Notes: generated by a model from the letters alone, not told the origin. A stretch of 64,000 bases of DNA from an uncultured Bacilli bacterium (GCA_934101225.1 CAKOQK010000004.1:6736-70735); one strand, 5' to 3'; counted from the first letter of the stretch, positions 14,592-24,996 are shown. Program-made: numbers and translations.

Positions 14592-16279
14592 TGAATAATA
14601 AAGCATATGAGTATGCTAAAAAAAGTATTCATTTAAAGGAAGTTCCTAAATATGTAAAAAAACAATGTAGAGAGTTCATCAATATAGCAGATGGTAAAAG
14701 CGATAAATATTATTTAGATGAAGAAAAAATAAAACAAATAGAGAACGTTTTAAAATTATTAATAATGCCAAAAGGATTAAAAGCTGGTAAACCATTATAT
14801 GATTGTACATGTGATTATCAATGGCTTTTGTATATTTCAATATTAGCGATTGTTCATAGAGATAATCCAAGTAAGAGAAAATATGAAACAGCAATATTAG
14901 AAATTGCAAGAAAGAATTTTAAAACATATACAATAGCAACATTATTTATTTTGTTATTTTTTTTAGAGCCTAAATTCAGCAAATTTTATTCTGTTGCACC
15001 TGATGGATCTCTATCTCGTGAAGTTAAAACTGCAATTGAAGAGACATTAAAATCAAGTCCTTTAATTTATCTGCATAAAGAAGAGCCTAGATTTAAGATT
15101 TTAAGAGATTATATAACTTTTAAGCTAAAAGAAAGTAAATATTATCCATTAAATTATTCAAGCAGTAGAATGGATGGTAAACTTCCTAATGTTTTTCTTG
15201 CGGATGAGGTTGGTGCATTACCAAACTCTTATGCAATTGAAGCTATGAGGTCAGGTCAATTAAATATCTTGAATAAATTAGGATGTATTATTTCAACTAA
15301 ATATCCTACTATAAATAATCCGTTTGAAGATGAGGTTGCTTATGCTAAAAGAGTTTTAGATGGTCTTGAAGAAGATGAAACAATATTTGCTTTATTATAT
15401 GAGCCAGATAATCCAAAAAATTGGACTAATGATGATCTTATATTGAAGCAAAGTAATCCTGTTGCCTTAGAAATACATGAAATATGGGATGACCTATTAA
15501 AGAAAAGAGCGAGAGCAATTGCAATAGAGAGTGCAAGAGAAAATTTCTTAACAAAACATTGCAATATCATTTATCAAGGATCTACTGAATCATATATCGA
15601 TATAAACGATTTGCAACAATGCAAGGTTAATCATATAGAATGGTCGGGAAGGGATGTTTACTTAGGTGTTGATTTAGCAATGACTAACGATAACTGTGCG
15701 GTCGCAATGGTTGCGGAAGAAGATGGAAAGATATTAGTTGATGCAATAGCATTTATCCCTGAAGGAAGAATTGAAGAAAAAAGTCAATTTGAAAAAATTG
15801 ATTATCGACAATTTATAAATGCTATGAAATGTATAGCATGTGGAAATAAAACAGTTGATTATGGTGTTATCGAAGATTTTGTTTTTCATATAGAAGAAAA
15901 ATATAATGTTCACATAAAAGCACTAGGATATGATAGATTCAATGCTTTAAGTTCAGCTCAAAAATGGGAAAATGGCGATAATGGAAAATATTCAGGAATT
16001 AATTGTATTCAAATTAGACAGCACTCAGATACATTACATTCACCAACAAAATTAATTTATGAAAAAATTGTTAATCATCAATTTGAATATGAAGAAAATA
16101 AATTATTAGAAATAAATTTTGCGAATGCAAGAGTTACGTACGATACTAACATGAATAAATATGTTCATAAGAAAAAAAGCAATGGAAAAGTTGATATGGT
16201 AATGGCTATATTAAATGCTACTTACTTATTACAACAGGATATTATTTTTGAAGATGGATTTATAGTTCAAACTTTTTAA
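14591..16279 (+). CDS. Terminase large subunit (Terminase_1-like)
   Basis: 562 aa; position between TerS and portal; ATPase segment VFLADEVGAL and nuclease-domain segment YLGVDLAMTNDNCAVAMV. Confidence 0.85.
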   Translation: MNNKAYEYAKKSIHLKEVPKYVKKQCREFINIADGKSDKYYLDEEKIKQIENVLKLLIMPKGLKAGKPLYDCTCDYQWLLYISILAIVHRDNPSKRKYETAILEIARKNFKTYTIATLFILLFFLEPKFSKFYSVAPDGSLSREVKTAIEETLKSSPLIYLHKEEPRFKILRDYITFKLKESKYYPLNYSSSRMDGKLPNVFLADEVGALPNSYAIEAMRSGQLNILNKLGCIISTKYPTINNPFEDEVAYAKRVLDGLEEDETIFALLYEPDNPKNWTNDDLILKQSNPVALEIHEIWDDLLKKRARAIAIESARENFLTKHCNIIYQGSTESYIDINDLQQCKVNHIEWSGRDVYLGVDLAMTNDNCAVAMVAEEDGKILVDAIAFIPEGRIEEKSQFEKIDYRQFINAMKCIACGNKTVDYGVIEDFVFHIEEKYNVHIKALGYDRFNALSSAQKWENGDNGKYSGINCIQIRQHSDTLHSPTKLIYEKIVNHQFEYEENKLLEINFANARVTYDTNMNKYVHKKKSNGKVDMVMAILNATYLLQQDIIFEDGFIVQTF

Positions 16280-16298
16280 TAAGAAAGAAGGTGATATT

Positions 16299-17495
16299 AT
16301 GGGACTATTTGATAGATTTAAAAAAAGAGAAATAAATGATGATAGTTTAGATCCTTTATTAAAAGTAATAATTAATAATAATAAAATTGAGAGACAAGAT
16401 GCTTTAGAAATACCTGCTATATCTTCAAATGTTGAATTAATTTGTAATACTTTTGCTATGATCCCTTTTAAACTTTATCAAGAAAGTAATGTTGATGGAA
16501 AAAAAGAAACTAAAGAAGTTGATGATAATAGAGTTAAATTGATAAATGATGATACAACTGATACGTTAGATGGTTTTCAATTTAAAAAAGCAATTTGTGA
16601 GGATTATCTTTTAGGAAAAGGTGGCTATGCATATATTAAGAAAAATAAAAATCAATTTATTGGATTATTTTATGTAGAAAATAATTCTGTATCTATTTTA
16701 AAAAATGCAGATCCAATATTTAAAAACTTTGATATTTCAGTTAATGGTAAATCATATAAGAATTATCAATTTATAAAATTGCTTAGAAATACAAAAGATG
16801 GTGCTTCTGGAATTGGTTTAATCGATGAAATAAATAGAGCACTGAGAACTGCATTTAAAAGAATATGTTATGAATATGATCTGACAATTACAGGTGGCAG
16901 TCGAAAAGGTTTTATTAAGTCTTCAAGACATTTAGGAACAACTGAAATGGAAAAATTAAAAAAAGCTTGGGAAGAATACTATTCAGGTACTGCCAATACG
17001 GTTATTTTAAATGATGGGATGGAGTTCCAAGAAGCAAGTAATAATTCAAATGAAAATCAATTAAATGAAAAAAATATTACTTTTAATGGAGAAATGAAAG
17101 ATTTGTTTCATATCTCAGATAATTACGACAAATTTATAAAAAATGCAATAATGCCAATCGCAACTGCATTTTGTACAGCCTTAAATAGAGATTTCTTACT
17201 TGAAACAGAAAAGAAGTCTTTTTATTTTGCTCCAGATACTAAAGAACTCTATAAAGGAAGTTTAAAAGAAAGGTATGAAGCATATCAAATTGCTATAAAA
17301 AACGGCTTTAAAACAAGAAATGAAATCAGATTTTTAGAAGATGATGATGCGATTGAAGGTTTAGACATGATTAGTTTGGGATTAGGCGATGTACTTTTAA
17401 ATGCTGAAACAGGCGAAATTTATACTCCTAATACCAATCAACTTATCAAAATGGGCGATCATGCCGAGAAAGGTGGTGTTAAAGATGAAAATTGA
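16299..17495 (+). CDS. Portal protein (HK97 family-like)
   Basis: 398 aa; follows TerL and precedes the prohead protease. Confidence 0.8.
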   Translation: MGLFDRFKKREINDDSLDPLLKVIINNNKIERQDALEIPAISSNVELICNTFAMIPFKLYQESNVDGKKETKEVDDNRVKLINDDTTDTLDGFQFKKAICEDYLLGKGGYAYIKKNKNQFIGLFYVENNSVSILKNADPIFKNFDISVNGKSYKNYQFIKLLRNTKDGASGIGLIDEINRALRTAFKRICYEYDLTITGGSRKGFIKSSRHLGTTEMEKLKKAWEEYYSGTANTVILNDGMEFQEASNNSNENQLNEKNITFNGEMKDLFHISDNYDKFIKNAIMPIATAFCTALNRDFLLETEKKSFYFAPDTKELYKGSLKERYEAYQIAIKNGFKTRNEIRFLEDDDAIEGLDMISLGLGDVLLNAETGEIYTPNTNQLIKMGDHAEKGGVKDEN

Positions 17496-18255
17496 AGTTA
17501 GAGAAGATAGTGTTCTTATTACTGGTTATGTAAATGCTGTTGAAAGATATTCTAAGCCAATTACTGAAGGGTTACATGGTAAGGTTAGAACTTTTATTGA
17601 AAGAATCAAGGCTGGAGTATTTAAAACTGCTTTAAAAAGAAATGATGATGTCAAAGTTTTGTTAAATCACGATAAAACAAGAGAGTTAGCTACTACCAAA
17701 GATGGTACAGCGAAACTTGAAGAAGACAATATCGGATTAAAAGCAGAAGTAATTATAACAGATGAAGAAGTAGTTGAAAAGGCTAGAAATAATCAGTTAG
17801 TTGGTTGGTCTTTTGGCTTTTATGAAAACAGTGACGAAATGGGAACTGAAGGCGAAAGAGAGACAAGAACAATTACTGATTTAGATTTGATAGAAGTATC
17901 TATTTTAGATGATTCAAAAAGCCCTGCTTATTATGGCACAAGCATTGAAGCAAGGAGCGAAAGAATTATGGAATATAGACAAACCATTGAGGACATTGAA
18001 AAAGAGGCACAAGAAAAACATGAATCTGTCGAAAAAAATTTAGATGCAGCTTTTGAAGAAAACTCAAAAGAACATTTGAAAATTGAAGCAGAAAAGAAAA
18101 ATGCTGAAATGGAAATATTTGCAGAAATGATTGCTACTAAAGTAGCTGAAAAATTAAAAGGTACTGGGAAAGAAAAGACAATACCTAATCCAGTTGAAGA
18201 TAGAAATGAAAAGATAGATCTTGCTTCATACGAAGAAAGATTATCAAAATTATAG
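17485..18255 (+). CDS. Prohead maturation protease (HK97 family, S78-like) with coiled-coil C-terminal extension
   Basis: Internal ATG 17485 overlaps the portal stop; GYVNAVERYS...VKVLLNHDKTRELA...GWSFGF pattern. Confidence 0.8.
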   Translation: MKIEVREDSVLITGYVNAVERYSKPITEGLHGKVRTFIERIKAGVFKTALKRNDDVKVLLNHDKTRELATTKDGTAKLEEDNIGLKAEVIITDEEVVEKARNNQLVGWSFGFYENSDEMGTEGERETRTITDLDLIEVSILDDSKSPAYYGTSIEARSERIMEYRQTIEDIEKEAQEKHESVEKNLDAAFEENSKEHLKIEAEKKNAEMEIFAEMIATKVAEKLKGTGKEKTIPNPVEDRNEKIDLASYEERLSKL

Positions 18256-18304
18256 CCTGAACAATTGAATTGTTTAAATAAATGAAAAGAAAGGAAAGAT
18301 TAAT

Positions 18305-19492
18305 ATGAATTTAAAGGCTTTAGAAGAAAAAAGAAATGACTTAAAAAGTCAAATGGGAGAAATGCTAGAAACTTCTAAAAAAGAAGAAAGAGCATTAACA
18401 ACTGAGGAAGCATCAAAGTTTGATGAAATGGAAAAAGAAATTAAAAACATTGATGCAACTATTGAAAGAAATGAAAGGATGGAAAGTATGGAACAAAAAG
18501 AAGTTAAAGTAGAAAATACTAGAGAATTAACAGCTGAAGAAAAAAGAATGTACACTTCAGTAGAAGAAAGAGATGATTATAATTCATTTGCTGAATATAT
18601 TAGATGTCAAGTAGAAAAAAGAGCTGATGCAAGTAACTTAACTAAAGGCGATAATGGAGCAGTAATTCCTAAAACTGTTGTTAATAAAATTATTGATAAA
18701 GTTGAGGAAATTTCACCTGTTTATAAATTTGCTACACATTATAATATTCCAGGTACTGCTACTATTCCAACGGAAGATGCTAGTGCAGATAGTATAACTG
18801 TTGCTTTTGCTACTGAATTTACTGATTTAACATCACATAGTAATAAATTTGGTACTATTGAATTAACTGGTTATTTATATGGTGCACTAACTAAAATTAG
18901 TAAATCATTATTAAAAAATAGTAATTTTAATTTAACTAATTGGGTTATTGCTAAAATGGCTAAGAAAATTGCAAAATTCCTTGATGGAGTATTATTAAAT
19001 GGTGCTACATCTAAAGTTAGTGGTATTGCTGGTTCATACGATAGTACTAATATGAATAAAGCATTAGCAAGTAAATCAGCAGTAACTTCTGATGAACTAA
19101 TTGATGCTCAAGAATTAGTTCCAGATGAATATCAAGCAGATGCAATCTGGATTATGAATAAAAAAACTAGAACTGCTATTAGAAAATTAAAAGATAGTGA
19201 TAATAATTATTTATTAAATAGAGATTTATCATCTAAATGGGGTTATACATTATTAGGTAAAGATGTATATTGTTCTGATAATGTATCTGAATTAGGTGCA
19301 GTTTCTAAAAATGTTATTTTTTATGGTGATTTAAGTGGTCTTGCAGTTAAAGAAAGCGAAACTGCTGAAATTCAAATTTTACAAGAATTATTTGCTGCAC
19401 AACATGCAATTGGAGTTGTTGCTTGGGGCGAAATTGATGCTAAAGTTGAAGATAAACAAAAAATTGCAGTAGTTACAACACCTGCTAGTTAA
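18305..19492 (+). CDS. Major capsid protein, HK97 fold, with N-terminal coiled-coil delta (scaffold) domain
   Basis: 395 aa; follows the protease; N-terminal ~100 aa are a charged coiled coil; GAAAGGAAAG SD-like sequence upstream. Confidence 0.85.
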   Translation: MNLKALEEKRNDLKSQMGEMLETSKKEERALTTEEASKFDEMEKEIKNIDATIERNERMESMEQKEVKVENTRELTAEEKRMYTSVEERDDYNSFAEYIRCQVEKRADASNLTKGDNGAVIPKTVVNKIIDKVEEISPVYKFATHYNIPGTATIPTEDASADSITVAFATEFTDLTSHSNKFGTIELTGYLYGALTKISKSLLKNSNFNLTNWVIAKMAKKIAKFLDGVLLNGATSKVSGIAGSYDSTNMNKALASKSAVTSDELIDAQELVPDEYQADAIWIMNKKTRTAIRKLKDSDNNYLLNRDLSSKWGYTLLGKDVYCSDNVSELGAVSKNVIFYGDLSGLAVKESETAEIQILQELFAAQHAIGVVAWGEIDAKVEDKQKIAVVTTPAS

Positions 19493-19508
19493 TAGGAGGT
19501 GTTTTTAA

Positions 19509-19853
19509 ATGCAATATGAAGCAATAGAAGGTTTTTCAGGAATTATTTCAATGTATAAAGGTGAAGTTAGAGAAATTCCTAATGAAGATTTAGCTAAAGA
19601 ATTAGTAAAGGCTGGTTTTATTAAAAAATATAAACCAAACGATGCTAAAGAGTTAAAAATCTTGTTAGACGAAGCAAATTCAACAATAAAAGAGCTTGAA
19701 AAAACTATTGATGAACTAAATACTGAAATTGATTCTTTAAAATCTTCAAAAGAAGATCTAGAAGATTCAAATGTTTCTAATAAAAATTTAGAAAAAAATT
19801 CTAATGAAGATTTAGGAAAAACTTCTGATCAAACTTCTAACAACGATAAATAA
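19509..19853 (+). CDS. Hypothetical head-module protein with coiled coil and Ser/Asn/Asp-rich tail
   Basis: TAGGAGGTG SD; located between the capsid and connector genes. Confidence 0.5.
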   Translation: MQYEAIEGFSGIISMYKGEVREIPNEDLAKELVKAGFIKKYKPNDAKELKILLDEANSTIKELEKTIDELNTEIDSLKSSKEDLEDSNVSNKNLEKNSNEDLGKTSDQTSNNDK

Positions 19854-19897
19854 ATTAATGATTGTTCAGGCAAACCTCATAGAAATGGAGGAATAAA

Positions 19898-20212
19898 ATG
19901 AAAGTAAGCGATATTACTGCTGAAGACATTGCTAATTATTTGAGATTATCAGAAATTAGTGGTGATGAAGAAAAAGAACTTAAAACTTATCTAACTGTTG
20001 CTAAAAATTATATTTCAAATTATACTGGCTTACCTATAAAAGCTGATGATGAAAAATCAGAATCTCTTGATAGTTATTCTGATTTTATTATTGTAGTTTA
20101 TATTTTTTGTCAGGATATGTATGACAACAGATGTTTGTATGTTGATAATAAATCAATAAATAGAACAGTACAAACTATTTTGGACATGCATACAAGGAAT
20201 AATATATGTTAA
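19898..20212 (+). CDS. Head-tail connector (gp6-like)
   Basis: N-terminus ITAEDIANYLRLSEISGDEEKELKTYLTVAKNYISNYTG matches the gp6-like connector pattern. Confidence 0.65.
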   Translation: MKVSDITAEDIANYLRLSEISGDEEKELKTYLTVAKNYISNYTGLPIKADDEKSESLDSYSDFIIVVYIFCQDMYDNRCLYVDNKSINRTVQTILDMHTRNNIC

Positions 20213-20535
20213 TAAATCCTGGAAAATATAATAAAAAAATTACCATATATCAAGTAGTAAAAAAAGAGGACGATGCAGGGTTTAAAGTACCAACAGAAAG
20301 CATTGTCCTTAATACTTTTGCTAGCGTAAAAACAACGAAAGGCTTTACATTAATCGCAAGTAATACTGATTTTGAAAAGGCTTATACTAATTTTACTATT
20401 AGATATCCTAAAGTAGAAATTACTAGAGATATGTTAATTAAGTACAACGGTAAAGTTTATTCAATAGAATACTTAAATAATATTGATGAAGAAAACATTG
20501 AATTAGAAATTCAGGCAAAGGTTGTTGTTAAGTAA
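20206..20535 (+). CDS. Head closure / head-tail adaptor protein
   Basis: INPGKYNKKITIYQ start and the FTIRY pattern are typical of head-closure proteins; overlapping gene order fits. Confidence 0.6.
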   Translation: MLINPGKYNKKITIYQVVKKEDDAGFKVPTESIVLNTFASVKTTKGFTLIASNTDFEKAYTNFTIRYPKVEITRDMLIKYNGKVYSIEYLNNIDEENIELEIQAKVVVK

Positions 20536-20969
20536 TGGCAAGTTTTGATGCTGAAACACCTTATGAATTATTAAAAACTCTTGAAGAACTAGAAACTAAT
20601 TGTGAAGAAATTTTTGGAAATATGACTAAAGCAGGAGCAGAAGTAGTTTATAAAAATGTAAAATCAAATATGGCAAAATCATTTAAATCTACTAAAGCAC
20701 TTGATAAGGGCTTAAAGATAACAAAGGTTTATAAAACTCCATCTGATGATGGAATAAATGTCTATGTTGGATTTTATGGCTATGATACTGATAGTAAACC
20801 GACTAAAAGACATCCTTATGGAACTCCTATTCCATTGATTGCACTTGCTAGAGAATATGGAACTAGTAGGGGAGAACAAAAGAAGCCTTTTTTAAGAAAG
20901 TCATTTAATAAATCTCAAATAGAACAAGAAATGTTAAAAGTTCAAAACAAATATATAAAAGGAGATTAG
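20535..20969 (+). CDS. HK97 gp10-like tail-completion/neck protein
   Basis: Position and size; 1-nt overlap with the previous stop. Confidence 0.5.
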   Translation: MASFDAETPYELLKTLEELETNCEEIFGNMTKAGAEVVYKNVKSNMAKSFKSTKALDKGLKITKVYKTPSDDGINVYVGFYGYDTDSKPTKRHPYGTPIPLIALAREYGTSRGEQKKPFLRKSFNKSQIEQEMLKVQNKYIKGD

Positions 20970-20974
20970 TTAAT

Positions 20975-21316
20975 ATGAATGAAGAATTAAAAACTATATT
21001 CAATGAATTTAAAGTTAAAAATGTAAGTGTTCCAGTAGAACATTTAAGATATATTGGAAATTCAAAAACGTATGTAACATGGACTTTATTAGAAGAAAGT
21101 CCAGCTTTATGTGCTAATGATGAAGTTTTATTTAGTGTATGTTCAGTTGATATAGATATATATAGTGATAGCAATTATTTAGATATTATGAATGAAGTTA
21201 AAAAAATAATGAAAAAAAATGAATGGTTATGGGTTGAAGATAGTGAAGAAATGTATGAAGAAGATACAGGACTTTATCATAAAACCATGACTTTTGAAAA
21301 GGAAAGGATGATTTAA
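20975..21316 (+). CDS. Tail-terminator/neck-like protein (hypothetical)
   Basis: Position immediately upstream of the major tail gene. Confidence 0.45.
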   Translation: MNEELKTIFNEFKVKNVSVPVEHLRYIGNSKTYVTWTLLEESPALCANDEVLFSVCSVDIDIYSDSNYLDIMNEVKKIMKKNEWLWVEDSEEMYEEDTGLYHKTMTFEKERMI

Positions 21317-21320
21317 TTAT

Positions 21321-21917
21321 ATGGCAAGAATAGGATTTAAAAAAGGAAAGTATAACAAGCATGATGCAACATCTAGTAAATTTGTAGCATTAACTGGTAA
21401 TAAAGTACCTGAATTAGAAAAGGTTGTTGATGAAAAATTCTCACCAGAATATAACAATGCTGAATTATATGGAAATGATTCATTAGCAGAAAGTGATAAT
21501 AGTTTTAAAAAAGGAACTTTAACACTAACATTAGTTGATGATAATGATGAAAAAGATGCTGATTTATTAGGTAATACTATTTCTTCAGAAACTTCTAATA
21601 AAGGCGAAGTAACAATGAAAGTTGATGATAATGCTCCTTATATTGGTTATGGACATATTATTCCTAAAATTGTTGCTAATGTAAGAAAATATAAAGTTGA
21701 ATTTTTTCCAAGAGTTAAAGTTAATAAAATAACTCACGATGCAAAAACTAGAGGAGAAAATGTAGAATTTACTACTGTAACTTTAGAGGCTACTGTATAT
21801 CCTTTAGATAAAGAATTTAACGGATTAACAGAAGGCACTTGGGAAAAACATAAAACGTTTAGTAGCCTATCTGAGGCAGAAACTTATCTTGATTCTTTAT
21901 TAACTCCAAAAGCATAG
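21321..21917 (+). CDS. Major tail protein (phi13-family-like)
   Basis: 198 aa; precedes the chaperone/TMP genes; AELYGNDSLAESD pattern. Confidence 0.7.
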   Translation: MARIGFKKGKYNKHDATSSKFVALTGNKVPELEKVVDEKFSPEYNNAELYGNDSLAESDNSFKKGTLTLTLVDDNDEKDADLLGNTISSETSNKGEVTMKVDDNAPYIGYGHIIPKIVANVRKYKVEFFPRVKVNKITHDAKTRGENVEFTTVTLEATVYPLDKEFNGLTEGTWEKHKTFSSLSEAETYLDSLLTPKA

Positions 21918-21930
21918 AAGGAAATTCTAT

Positions 21931-22089
21931 ATGAAGGTTAAAGTTATAAGTATATTTGTAGATAAAAATACAAATGAAAGATATGAACTTAATAAGGTAT
22001 TAGATAATATTTCTGAAGAAAGATATGAAGAAATAAAAGAATTTGTAAAAATTATAGAAAATACTAAAAAGAAAGGCACGGTGGAATAG
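21931..22089 (+). CDS. Hypothetical small protein (52 aa)
   Basis: MKVKVISIFVDKNTNERYELNKVLDNISEERYEEIKEFVKIIENTKKKGTVE; its stop lies in the terminator loop. Confidence 0.35.
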   Translation: MKVKVISIFVDKNTNERYELNKVLDNISEERYEEIKEFVKIIENTKKKGTVE

Positions 22090-22105
22090 TTCCACCTCTT
22101 TTTTT
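22080..22105 (+). terminator. Intrinsic terminator after the major tail gene block
   Basis: GGTGGAA-TAG-TTCCACC 7-bp stem followed by TCTTTTTTT. Confidence 0.55.
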
Positions 22106-22124
22106 ATATAAGGAGGAATTATTA

Positions 22125-22481
22125 ATGAAAGATAAAATTAATTATTTTGAAGTAAATGGAACTAAATATCCCTTATGTTGTAATTTAAACGTTCTTGAAG
22201 CAATACAGGAAAAATATGGATCAATGACTGCTTGGGGAGAAATAGTTGAAAACAAGTCTGGAAAAGAGCCAAAAATTAAAGATTTAAAATATGGCTTTAT
22301 GGTAATGATTAATGAAGCTTTAGATATTGAAAATGAGAATTTAGAAGAAAAGAGACAATTACTTACTGAAAAACAAGTTGGAAGATTACTTACTGAACTT
22401 GGTATTGCAGAAGCAACTAAAAAGATAGAGGAGTTATCAATCAGTTCTAATTCAACTGGAGAAGAGCCAAAAAACATGTAA
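22125..22481 (+). CDS. Tail assembly chaperone (G-like, short form)
   Basis: Position between the major tail and tape measure genes; ends just after the slippery heptamer. Confidence 0.75.
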   Translation: MKDKINYFEVNGTKYPLCCNLNVLEAIQEKYGSMTAWGEIVENKSGKEPKIKDLKYGFMVMINEALDIENENLEEKRQLLTEKQVGRLLTELGIAEATKKIEELSISSNSTGEEPKNM

Positions 22482-22702
22482 TCCATGAGGATCAAGACGA
22501 TGAAATTGATTTCTCATGGCTTTTATTTATTGGACATTGTTTGTTAGGCTTTACTGAAAAAGAAGTAGGAAGAATGACTTTAGGAAAATTACTAAAGTTA
22601 TATAGCCATTATAAGAATCATTATGATTTTAAATTAAGTGGTAAATCCTATAAAGAATTAGATGATATGGTAGCCCATGATGGGGAATTTATTCGTGATT
22701 AG
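22125..22702 (+). CDS. Tail assembly chaperone, frameshift-extended form (GT-like)
   Basis: -1 frame reads KKHVIHEDQDDEIDFSWLLFIGHCLLGFTEKEVGRMTLGKLLKLYSHYKNHYDFKLSGKSYKELDDMVAHDGEFIRD and stops 12 nt before the TMP start. Confidence 0.65.
22469..22475 (+). other. -1 programmed frameshift slippery heptamer A_AAA_AAC
   Basis: In zero-frame phasing CCA AAA AAC ATG TAA; the -1 frame stays open for ~76 codons to TAG at 22700-22702. Confidence 0.7.
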
Positions 22703-22713
22703 GAGGTGAAGAT

Positions 22714-24996
22714 ATGGCAAGTTCTTTTGGTGGAACAATTAAATTAACTGGTGAATCTGAGTATCAAAAATCTTTAAAAGCTATTAGTGAAAATTTAAAA
22801 GTATTATCTAGTGAAATGAGGGTTGTTACTAGTAGATATGATGTTAATGATAGATCTACCAGTAATTTATCACAACAAAATGAAATTTTAACTAAAAAAA
22901 TAGATGAACAAAAAAATAAAGTAGAAATTTTAACTAAAGCCCTTAACGAGGCAAAAACTCAAACTGATGATAATAGTTCTACTACAAAAAAATGGGAAAC
23001 TCAATTAAATGATGCTCAGGCAGAGCTTAATAAGTTAGAAAGAACTTTAGATAGTAACGAACAAGAAATGAAGGACTATGGAAAAGCAACTGATGATGCT
23101 GGTGAAAAGAGTTCCAGGTTGGGAGATATTATCAAGGGAAATTTAATATCAGAAGGTATTATTAATGGATTTAAAGCATTAGGAAGTGCTATGAAAACAG
23201 TTGGAGGATCATTAATAAATATAGGAAAGCAAGCTTTTGAGGAATATTCAAATTATGAACAACTTGTTGGTGGTGTTGAAACTTTATTTGGTATTGGAGA
23301 AATGTCTGTTGAAGAATATGCTGCATCAGTAGGTAAAAGTGTAAGCAAGGTTGAAGATAAGTATAATGAAATGTATGAAGCACAAGAGAATGTTCTTAAT
23401 GATTCATTAAATGCATATAAAACGGCTGGTTTAAGTGCGAATGAATATATGGAAACTGTAACTTCATTTAGTGCTAGTTTAATTCAAAGTTTGAAAGGTG
23501 ATACTTTAAATGCTGGTGAATATGCTAAACAGGCTGTAATTGATATGTCGGATAATGCAAATAAAATGGGTACTGATATGTCTATGATACAAAGTGCATA
23601 TCAAGGCTTTGCAAAAGGTAATTATACGATGCTTGATAACCTTAAATTGGGTTATGGTGGTACAAAAACTGAGATGGAGAGATTATTAAAAGATGCTCAA
23701 AAAATTAGTGGTGTAAAATATAATTTATCAAGTTTTGCTGATATTACTCAAGCAATTCATGTTATGCAAGAAAACATGGGAATAGCTGGAACAACTTCAA
23801 AAGAAGCAAGTTCTACTATTCAAGGATCTATTAATTCAATGAAATCAGCCTGGAAAAATGTAGTAAATGAACTTGCAACTGGGGGACATATATCTGGCTT
23901 TGAACATCTTGTTGATAATTTAGTTGAAAGTGTTATAACAGTTGGCGATAATATAATGCCAAGAGTTGAAATAATAATTGATGGAATAGTTAAATTAATA
24001 ATGAGTTTATCAAAAAGATTAGTTGATTATATGCCTAAATTATTAGAAACTGGAATGAGTTTAATGCAAACTATTTTAGATGGTTTTATGTCTATGTTAC
24101 CACAGTTAATACCAATTGCAGTTCAATTAATTAACAGTTTATCTTCTTTTATACTTCAAAATTTACCTACAATATTACAGGCAGGTATTACTTTGCTATT
24201 AGAATTGATCAAAGGTATATCTCAGGCACTTCCTGAACTTATACCAGTTGCAGTAAGATGCATTATGGATCTTGTAGATACATTATTAGATAATATTGAC
24301 GAAATAATTGAATGTGGAATTGAATTACTTGTTGCTTTAACAGAAGGAATATTTAATGCTTTACCTGAATTAATTTCAAGATTACCTGAAATTATTGTTA
24401 AAATTGTGACGAAATTACATGAATTAACTCCGCAACTATTAAGCTGTGTATTAAGAATGATGGTTTCAATAGCAACTGGAATGGTTAAATATTCTGTTGA
24501 AATGGTTACAAGAATACCTCAAATTATTAAGTCAGTTGTTAATGCTTTTAATCAACATTTAAAAGATATGGTTAGTATTGGTAAAAATATGGTTAGCGGA
24601 ATTTGGCAAGGAATTTCAGGAAGTATTGATTGGATTAAAAATAAGATCAAAGGATGGGTTGGGGATGTTACTAAATTTATTAAAAAATTATTTGGTATTA
24701 ACTCACCATCAAGATTATTTAAAGATGAAATTGGTACTAATTTAGCACTAGGAATTGGTGAAGGTTTTGGAGATACAATGAAAGATGTATCAAGGAATAT
24801 GGCTAATTCTATTCCTACTGAATTTGATGCAAATATAAATACTAATTATGGTACAAGTGTTAATAATACTTCAAATAATTATGACACTTATTTACAAGCA
24901 TTTAAAGACGCATTAAGAGATGTAAAAGTAGTAATGAATAATCGAGAAATGGGGAATTTTGTTATTGATACAGTAGAAACGGCGGTGTATTCATAA
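22714..24996 (+). CDS. Tape measure protein
   Basis: 760 aa, the longest tail-module gene; coiled-coil N-terminus and hydrophobic central repeats; AGGAGGTG SD. Confidence 0.85.
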   Translation: MASSFGGTIKLTGESEYQKSLKAISENLKVLSSEMRVVTSRYDVNDRSTSNLSQQNEILTKKIDEQKNKVEILTKALNEAKTQTDDNSSTTKKWETQLNDAQAELNKLERTLDSNEQEMKDYGKATDDAGEKSSRLGDIIKGNLISEGIINGFKALGSAMKTVGGSLINIGKQAFEEYSNYEQLVGGVETLFGIGEMSVEEYAASVGKSVSKVEDKYNEMYEAQENVLNDSLNAYKTAGLSANEYMETVTSFSASLIQSLKGDTLNAGEYAKQAVIDMSDNANKMGTDMSMIQSAYQGFAKGNYTMLDNLKLGYGGTKTEMERLLKDAQKISGVKYNLSSFADITQAIHVMQENMGIAGTTSKEASSTIQGSINSMKSAWKNVVNELATGGHISGFEHLVDNLVESVITVGDNIMPRVEIIIDGIVKLIMSLSKRLVDYMPKLLETGMSLMQTILDGFMSMLPQLIPIAVQLINSLSSFILQNLPTILQAGITLLLELIKGISQALPELIPVAVRCIMDLVDTLLDNIDEIIECGIELLVALTEGIFNALPELISRLPEIIVKIVTKLHELTPQLLSCVLRMMVSIATGMVKYSVEMVTRIPQIIKSVVNAFNQHLKDMVSIGKNMVSGIWQGISGSIDWIKNKIKGWVGDVTKFIKKLFGINSPSRLFKDEIGTNLALGIGEGFGDTMKDVSRNMANSIPTEFDANINTNYGTSVNNTSNNYDTYLQAFKDALRDVKVVMNNREMGNFVIDTVETAVYS

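Noticed and set aside
14679-15570. Minus-strand ORFs 14679-14909 and 15340-15570 inside terL
   Set aside because: They lie within a conserved terminase gene and have no independent signals.
18349-23383. Minus-strand ORFs 18349-18555, 20905-21174, 22142-22495 and 23189-23383 in the structural operon
   Set aside because: All are antisense to capsid, neck, chaperone or TMP genes. Their Ser/Phe/Leu-rich translations mirror the Glu/Lys-rich sense frames.
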